This document shows positions 58,813 through 64,000 of a stretch of DNA of 64,000 bases, in pieces. The notes under the pieces are model-generated. The model was not told where the DNA came from. It saw only the letters and a program-made list of their open reading frames with translations, and did no database searches. The position numbers were made by a program, and so were the translations under genes. The stretch is from Rhodobacteraceae bacterium PARR1 (GTDB lineage Bacteria > Pseudomonadota > Alphaproteobacteria > Rhodobacterales > Rhodobacteraceae), in contig NKIT01000001.1 of NCBI GenBank assembly GCA_002256185.1, forward strand, positions 16,207 to 80,206. The letters are read 5' to 3'. Position 1 is the stretch's first letter. Each line of letters begins with the position of its first letter.

Positions 58813-59991
58813 TCATAAGGCCAGCGGGCCGTGGGGCCTTAGGGCCAGAGGATGGGGGCAGTTAAGGCCAGCGTGGCGCGGGGTGATCCGACAGAAGCGG
58901 GGGGTTTCACAGGTGGCGCGGGAGAGCCAGTCGGGGTTGATCTCGACGCCCCAACCGGGGGTATCGGTGACGGTGGCGTGGCCGTCTTCGATGCCGTAAG
59001 GGTCTGAGGCAAAGAGGCCCTCTTGCCACGGGTAGTAATCCGCGCCTTCGATCGAGAATTCGAGGTATTTGCCCGCATTCGGGATCGTGCGCAAAAGGTG
59101 CATGGTGCAGAGCGTCACCAGCGACAGGTTCGCGGCATGGGGGGTGACGGGCAGGCCATGGGCGGCAGCCATGCGGCAGACCTCAAGCGTGCGGTGCATG
59201 CCGCCCATATACATCACATCGGGCTGGGCGATATCCACGGCCTTGCGATCAAACATCAACTGCCAGCTGGAATATTCGCAATCCTGCTCCCCACCCGCCA
59301 CGTCGATGGACAGGGCCGCCCGCACTGCGGCGGTTTGGTCGGGTTCCCAATAGGGGCAGGGTTCCTCAAAATGGCCGATGCCATTGTCTTGCAACAACTT
59401 GCCGACCTCAATCGCGCGGGCGGCAGAGTAGCAGGAATTGCCATCGACCAGCTTGTCGATGCCATCGCCCAAGGCGCGCGACACCACAGGCACCACCGCC
59501 TCGGTCCGACCGGGCCATTCGTCCTTGTCGCGGCCGCATTCGGCCCCGACGCGCCATTTGAAGGCGGTAAAGCCGTATTGATCGCGCAGGCGGACAAAGC
59601 GCGCGGCCTCATCTTCCGGGGTGATGTCGCGCTTCATGGAACTGGCATAGGCGCGGATGCGGCCCGGGGTGCCACCAAGCAGGGCGCAAACGGGCTTTTC
59701 CTCAAACCGCCCGCGCAGATCCCAAAGCGCGGTATCCAGCCCCGTCATCGCGCGGCGCAGGTAGCTGCCGGGGTATTTGTGTTCCCGCTCACCGATCAGG
59801 GCCAGCGTATCGGCAAAATCCAGCGCATCAGTCCCTAAGGCATGCGGCGCGATCTGGCGGTGGAAGATCTGACAGGTCAGGTCGGCGTTATAGGTGGACA
59901 CCTGCCCCCAGCCGTGATGCCCGGTGTCAGTGGTGACGCGGACAAAGCCCACGAATTCGGTGGTGAAGGTTTCCAGCCGGGTGATCTTCAT
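58813..59991 (-). CDS. Mandelate racemase/muconate lactonising enzyme (enolase superfamily) protein with an aberrant C-terminal tail
   Basis: GLDTALWDLRG, AYASSM, FKWR, VDGN/FEEP/GGEQ metal ligands, TPH, PGWGVEIN; the last ~30 aa run through the xsc promoter. Confidence 0.88.
   Translation of the reverse strand: MKITRLETFTTEFVGFVRVTTDTGHHGWGQVSTYNADLTCQIFHRQIAPHALGTDALDFADTLALIGEREHKYPGSYLRRAMTGLDTALWDLRGRFEEKPVCALLGGTPGRIRAYASSMKRDITPEDEAARFVRLRDQYGFTAFKWRVGAECGRDKDEWPGRTEAVVPVVSRALGDGIDKLVDGNSCYSAARAIEVGKLLQDNGIGHFEEPCPYWEPDQTAAVRAALSIDVAGGEQDCEYSSWQLMFDRKAVDIAQPDVMYMGGMHRTLEVCRMAAAHGLPVTPHAANLSLVTLCTMHLLRTIPNAGKYLEFSIEGADYYPWQEGLFASDPYGIEDGHATVTDTPGWGVEINPDWLSRATCETPRFCRITPRHAGLNCPHPLALRPHGPLAL
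58815..58871 (-). promoter_or_regulatory. Three TauR-type direct repeats upstream of xsc
   Basis: Minus strand CTGGCCTTAA (58871-58862), CTGGCCCTAA (58848-58839), CTGGCCTTAT (58824-58815); resemble the CTGGAC(T/C)TAA TauR box described in Rhodobacter capsulatus. Confidence 0.78.
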
Positions 59992-60081
59992 CGCGCGCTC
60001 CTGCCCTTGTCGGATTCGCGGTGATCTTGGCCGGCTCTCGGCCCGCTGAATTGCCCGAAGCCGCCGCGCCCGGCGTCGTTT

Positions 60082-61542
60082 TCAGCGCGCGGCGATGGCG
60101 GCGGCGATCAGGCCGATCCCATCGGGGATTTTGGCGGGCTGGATCGACGAATAAGCCAAACGGTAGAAATTGCGCGCAGGATTGGCGGGATCAAAGAACA
60201 CCCGCCCCGGCTCAATCAGCACGCCCTTGGGACGCAGCCGCGCGGCAAGGTCTTCGGTATCCACCGCATCCGGCGCGCGCATCCAGAAGGAGGAGCCGCC
60301 AAAGCCGCCCTGCCCCGCCACCGTCAGCCCGTAATCGCGGATCGCCTCTTCCATCACCTGACGGCGCTTGCGATAGGCCGATTTCATCCGGTTGATCAGC
60401 GCATCATAATGCCCCAGCGACAAGAACAGCGCCGCCGTGCGCTGGATATGCCCCGGCGGATGGCGCAGCACGGTTGAGCGCAGGGCGCGGGCCTCACGGA
60501 TGAACGGCTCGGGCGCGACCATGTAGCCCAAGCGCAGACCCGGAAAGATCGACTTGGAAAACGAGCCGATATGGATCACCCGCCCCCCCGCATCCAGGGA
60601 TTTCAAGGAGGGCGAGACGGGTTTCAGGAACGACATCTCAAATTCGTAATCATCCTCCACGATCAGGAAATTGTCCCGTTCCGCCGCCTGAAGCAAAGCC
60701 TCGCGCCGTTCTACCGGCAAGGTGGCGTTGGTCGGGCAATGGTGGCTGGCCGTGGTAAAGACCACATCCACCCCGGCGGGGATATGATCCGGCGGCAGGC
60801 CTTCGGCATCCACCGGCACGGCGGTGATCGCGGCCCCGGTCTGGGCCAGCACCGCGCGGATGCCGGAATAGCCCGGCGTTTCCACCACCGCATGCCCGCC
60901 GCGACCGAGCAGCACTTGCGCTGCCAGCCACAGCCCATTCTGCGCGCCAAGGGTCAAAAGCACCTCGGACGGGTGGGCATCAATCCCCCGGCGCGGCAGG
61001 ATGTTGCGCAGGATATACTCGATCAGCATCGGGTCATCGCGCTCGTAGTGATCGGCGGTCAGGGAGGCGAATTCCCTGCGCCCCAAGGCCTGCACCGCAC
61101 AAAGCCGCCAGTTCTGATGGTCAAAAAGCGAGGGGTCCGCTTGCCCATAGATGAAGGGATAAGGATAGGCCTGCCAATCTTGCGGCCGATCAAGCCTTGG
61201 CAAGTTGGAATAGCGCGCCCCCGTCACATGGCCCCAATCGACCGTCCCCGCCTTGCGCGGCGCAGGCTTGAACCCCGGCGCGACCGGCACCCCGTCTGAC
61301 ACGAAATACCCCGAGCGCCCCTTGGCCGTCAGGTAATCCGCCGCCACAAGCTCGGTATAAGACAGCGTCACCGTGATCCGACTGACGCCCAGATGATCGG
61401 CCAAACCCCGGCTTGAGGGCATCTTTTCCCCGGCGCGGAAGCGGCCAGACAGGATGCCTTCGGACACCATCTGCCGGATGCGCTGCTGCAAGGTGCCCGT
61501 GCCATGCCGGGGCAGGAAAAAGGATTCGACCGGGATCGCCAA
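60082..61542 (-). CDS. tauR: MocR/GabR-family regulator, TauR-like
   Basis: AIPVESFFL N-terminus, MPSSRGLA...VSRITV HTH, YPFIYGQ, EDDYEFE, SFSKSIFPGLRLGY; next to xsc; TTG 61542 (alternative ATG 61554). Confidence 0.88.
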   Translation of the reverse strand: MAIPVESFFLPRHGTGTLQQRIRQMVSEGILSGRFRAGEKMPSSRGLADHLGVSRITVTLSYTELVAADYLTAKGRSGYFVSDGVPVAPGFKPAPRKAGTVDWGHVTGARYSNLPRLDRPQDWQAYPYPFIYGQADPSLFDHQNWRLCAVQALGRREFASLTADHYERDDPMLIEYILRNILPRRGIDAHPSEVLLTLGAQNGLWLAAQVLLGRGGHAVVETPGYSGIRAVLAQTGAAITAVPVDAEGLPPDHIPAGVDVVFTTASHHCPTNATLPVERREALLQAAERDNFLIVEDDYEFEMSFLKPVSPSLKSLDAGGRVIHIGSFSKSIFPGLRLGYMVAPEPFIREARALRSTVLRHPPGHIQRTAALFLSLGHYDALINRMKSAYRKRRQVMEEAIRDYGLTVAGQGGFGGSSFWMRAPDAVDTEDLAARLRPKGVLIEPGRVFFDPANPARNFYRLAYSSIQPAKIPDGIGLIAAAIAAR

Positions 61543-61640
61543 GACTGGCCTCATGCGCGCAGGGAACTGGCGCTATGGGCGGGAAAGCGGGGGGCAGAGT
61601 CAAGGGCGGTTTGGGATGGTTTGGGGTAACTAACAGACGC

Positions 61641-62579
61641 CTACCCCTGCCGCGCCAATATGCCCATCACCCCGGCCAGCAGTTGCGCGGCAACCGTCGC
61701 GCCCTGCCCGTCAATGTCACGGTCGGGCATGAATTCCACCATGTCAAACCCCACGATCCGCGCTTTTTCCGCCACGGCCCCCACCAGTTCCAGCACATGC
61801 CAGTAATCCAGCCCCCCCGCCGTGCGGCCAATCACAGCGGGCATCACGGATGGGTCCAGCGCATCAAGGTCCAGACAGATCACCACCTCGGCCCCTGCGG
61901 GGATCAGGTCCACCGCCCGCCATACCCCCGCGCGGGCCACCTCGCCAGCGGGGATGAAGGCGACCCCCCACTCCAGCGCGTCCTGCACGTCCTTGGGCCG
62001 GGCCGAGCCGATGCCGCGCTGGCCCACCTGCACAATGCTCGTGACATGCGCCATTTCGGACGCGCGGCGCATGGTGGAGGAGAGGCCCCAGCGCTCGCCC
62101 CCCACCTCGTCGCGCCAGTCGATATGGGCGTCGATTTGCAGGATCACCACCTGCCGCCCCGCATCTCCCAGCGCCTGCAACATCGGAATCGGCAGGGAAT
62201 CATCGCCCCCCAGCAGCAAGGGCACCGCCTCTTGGTCCAGAATCGCCCCGATGGCCCCCCGGATCAGATCGCGATTGCCCTCGGCATCCCCCATCCGCAC
62301 CGCAAGATCACCGCAATCCACGGCGCGCACCCCGTCCGGCAGAACCGGACCGCCAAGATCGAAATTCACATGCCCCAGATTGGCGGCATATGTCGCCGCC
62401 GCCGCCCGGATCGCCTGCGGGCCCCCGGCGCAATAAAACCCGACCGAAGGATAGGGCGTGCAGCCATCCGCCCCGATCAGCGCCAAGCGCGCGCCTTTCA
62501 GATCAAGGTCGGGACAGGCGGGCAGACCCAAGAACGTCTCAACCTCAGCCGCGCCGAACATGCTGCCCAATGTGGCCAT
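61641..62579 (-). CDS. Arginase/agmatinase (ureohydrolase) family protein
   Basis: GPQAIR, LGGDDS, IDAHID, QVGQR, LDLDALDP, DMVE; ATG 62579 with GGAGG RBS. Confidence 0.88.
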   Translation of the reverse strand: MATLGSMFGAAEVETFLGLPACPDLDLKGARLALIGADGCTPYPSVGFYCAGGPQAIRAAAATYAANLGHVNFDLGGPVLPDGVRAVDCGDLAVRMGDAEGNRDLIRGAIGAILDQEAVPLLLGGDDSLPIPMLQALGDAGRQVVILQIDAHIDWRDEVGGERWGLSSTMRRASEMAHVTSIVQVGQRGIGSARPKDVQDALEWGVAFIPAGEVARAGVWRAVDLIPAGAEVVICLDLDALDPSVMPAVIGRTAGGLDYWHVLELVGAVAEKARIVGFDMVEFMPDRDIDGQGATVAAQLLAGVMGILARQG

Positions 62580-62640
62580 ACCCGCCTCCCCCGCATCACA
62601 CGCGACCAGAATGACGCAAGAGCGGCCAAGCACATAGACC

Positions 62641-62674
62641 AAAAGCAAAAGGGCACCCAATCAGGGTGCCCTTT
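62641..62674 (-). terminator. Rho-independent terminator of acpP
   Basis: AAAGGGCACCC-5nt-GGGTGCCCTTT followed by TGCTTTT on the minus strand. Confidence 0.85.
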
Positions 62675-62700
62675 CAAATTCCGGCCTGTCCGCAGATGGA

Positions 62701-62934
62701 TCAGGCAGCTTCCGAGATGAACTTGACCGCGTCGCCAAAGGTCTGGATAGTTTCGGCGGCGTCATCGGGGATTTCGATCCCGAATTCTTCTTCGAACGCC
62801 ATAACCAGTTCCACGGTGTCAAGGCTGTCTGCGCCCAGATCGTCGATGAACGAGGCATTCTCGGTCACCTTGTCTTCTTCGACGCCCAGATGCTCGACCA
62901 CGATCTTCTTCACGCGTGCGGCGATGTCGCTCAT
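62701..62934 (-). CDS. acpP: Acyl carrier protein
   Basis: [38 protein letters not shown]. Confidence 0.98.
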   Translation of the reverse strand: MSDIAARVKKIVVEHLGVEEDKVTENASFIDDLGADSLDTVELVMAFEEEFGIEIPDDAAETIQTFGDAVKFISEAA

Positions 62935-63112
62935 GTCTTTGTCCTCTTCTCGGTTGCGGGGGAACCCCGGTCTTCGTCCCAGCCCCGCTTAACACGGGAC
63001 GACCGGGATGGCTCCCGATCCGTTCGCCGCGCCTATACCAAGGGCGCGGCCACATGGCAAACGCTTTCGTTTGGCCTGCCGATGGACCGGGGGAAACCCA
63101 GCCGCAGCAGCG

Positions 63113-63850
63113 TCAGACCATGTCCATGCCGCCATTCACATGCAGCGTGGCCCCGGTGATATAGGACGCCTCAAGGCTCGCCAGAAACAGAACCGCCGCC
63201 GCGATCTCGGCCGGTTCGCCCATGCGGCCCGCAGGCACCCCGTCAAGGATCGACTTGCGCTGCGCGTCGTTCAGCTTGTCGGTCATCGCGGTCGCGATGA
63301 AACCGGGGGCAAGGCAGTTCACCGTAATGCCCCGGCTGGCCACTTCTTCGGCGATGGATTTCGACATCGCCACCATCCCGGCCTTGGAGGCGGCATAATT
63401 CGCCTGCCCCGCATTGCCGGTGGTGCCGACGACCGAGGAGATGTTGATGATCCGCCCCCAGCGCGCTTTCATCATGCCGCGCACCGCCGCCCGGCACAGC
63501 CGGAAGGTCGAGGTCAGGTTCACGTCGATGACCGAGGTCCAGTCTTCGTCCGACATCCGCATCGCCAACCCGTCGCGGGTGATCCCGGCATTGTTGACAA
63601 GGATATCCACCGATCCCATCGCCTCAACGCCGCGCTTGATCAACCCTTCGACCTCTTCGGCGCTGGACAGGTTGCAGGGCAGCACATGCGCCCGCTCGCC
63701 CAGTTCGGCGGCCAGCGCCTCCAGCGGCTCCACCCGCGTGCCAGAGAGGGCGACCGAGGCCCCCGCCACATGCAGCGCGCGCGCAATCCCGGCCCCGATC
63801 CCACCAGACGCCCCGGTGACCAATGCATTTTTTCCAGTCAAATCGAACAC
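63113..63850 (-). CDS. fabG: 3-oxoacyl-ACP reductase
   Basis: TGASGGIG, NNAGITRD, GNAGQANYAASK, APGFIAT.MT, LHVNGGM; upstream of acpP; GTG 63850. Confidence 0.95.
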   Translation of the reverse strand: MFDLTGKNALVTGASGGIGAGIARALHVAGASVALSGTRVEPLEALAAELGERAHVLPCNLSSAEEVEGLIKRGVEAMGSVDILVNNAGITRDGLAMRMSDEDWTSVIDVNLTSTFRLCRAAVRGMMKARWGRIINISSVVGTTGNAGQANYAASKAGMVAMSKSIAEEVASRGITVNCLAPGFIATAMTDKLNDAQRKSILDGVPAGRMGEPAEIAAAVLFLASLEASYITGATLHVNGGMDMV

Positions 63851-63946
63851 GGCAGACCCTCCCCGCAGAAAACCCAAGGCTTCCTAACAGGAAGGTGCCG
63901 CATGCGCCACCCTTGCGCCCCACCAAGGCAACGCTGCCCCTGCCCG

Positions 63947-64000
63947 CTTCCCCGTTGCCCAAATATCCGCCGGGGGCGTCGCCGTCTAGCGGCGCCGGGG
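63947..64000 (+). repeat. GC-rich intergenic REP-like element, copy C (truncated by the window end)
   Basis: CTTCCCCGTTGCCCAAATATCC matches copy A at 21/22, followed by GGGGG and a GC hairpin. Confidence 0.68.

Noticed and set aside
1..64000. Transposases, integrases, prophage, defence systems, tRNA/rRNA
   Set aside because: No ORF or sequence with such signatures was recognised; nearly all coding space is explained by metabolic and envelope genes

Overview
A 64-kb chromosomal segment from a high-GC alphaproteobacterium; gene content and style point to Rhodobacteraceae. In order: (1) a surface-polysaccharide locus (pglF/E/D/C-like set, Wzx flippase, three SAM methyltransferases, two GT4s, wecC/wecB, a degenerate EPS-associated MarR) with an AT-rich core; (2) an OYE-family flavin oxidoreductase and ahcY; (3) a second AT-rich two-gene cassette (O-antigen ligase/polymerase-like + GT2), then a UDP-glucuronate epimerase, manB, manC and a YdcF protein; (4) a Pot-type ABC transporter; (5) a complete Rhizobium-type L-rhamnose cluster; (6) a GntR-controlled operon resembling hydroxyproline catabolism but with an atypical Ser/Cys proline-racemase-family enzyme and two SDRs; (7) a response regulator-SDR-histidine kinase-glycoside hydrolase group; (8) an organosulfonate cluster (tauR, enolase-superfamily gene, xsc, tauE, ackA, soeABC) with TauR-like direct repeats and a palindromic, translationally coupled insert between soeA and soeB; (9) an arginase-family gene, acpP and fabG. 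Several copies of a short GC-rich intergenic repeat occur. No rRNA, tRNA, CRISPR array or transposase was recognised. All calls come from motif recognition by eye; no database searches were run.
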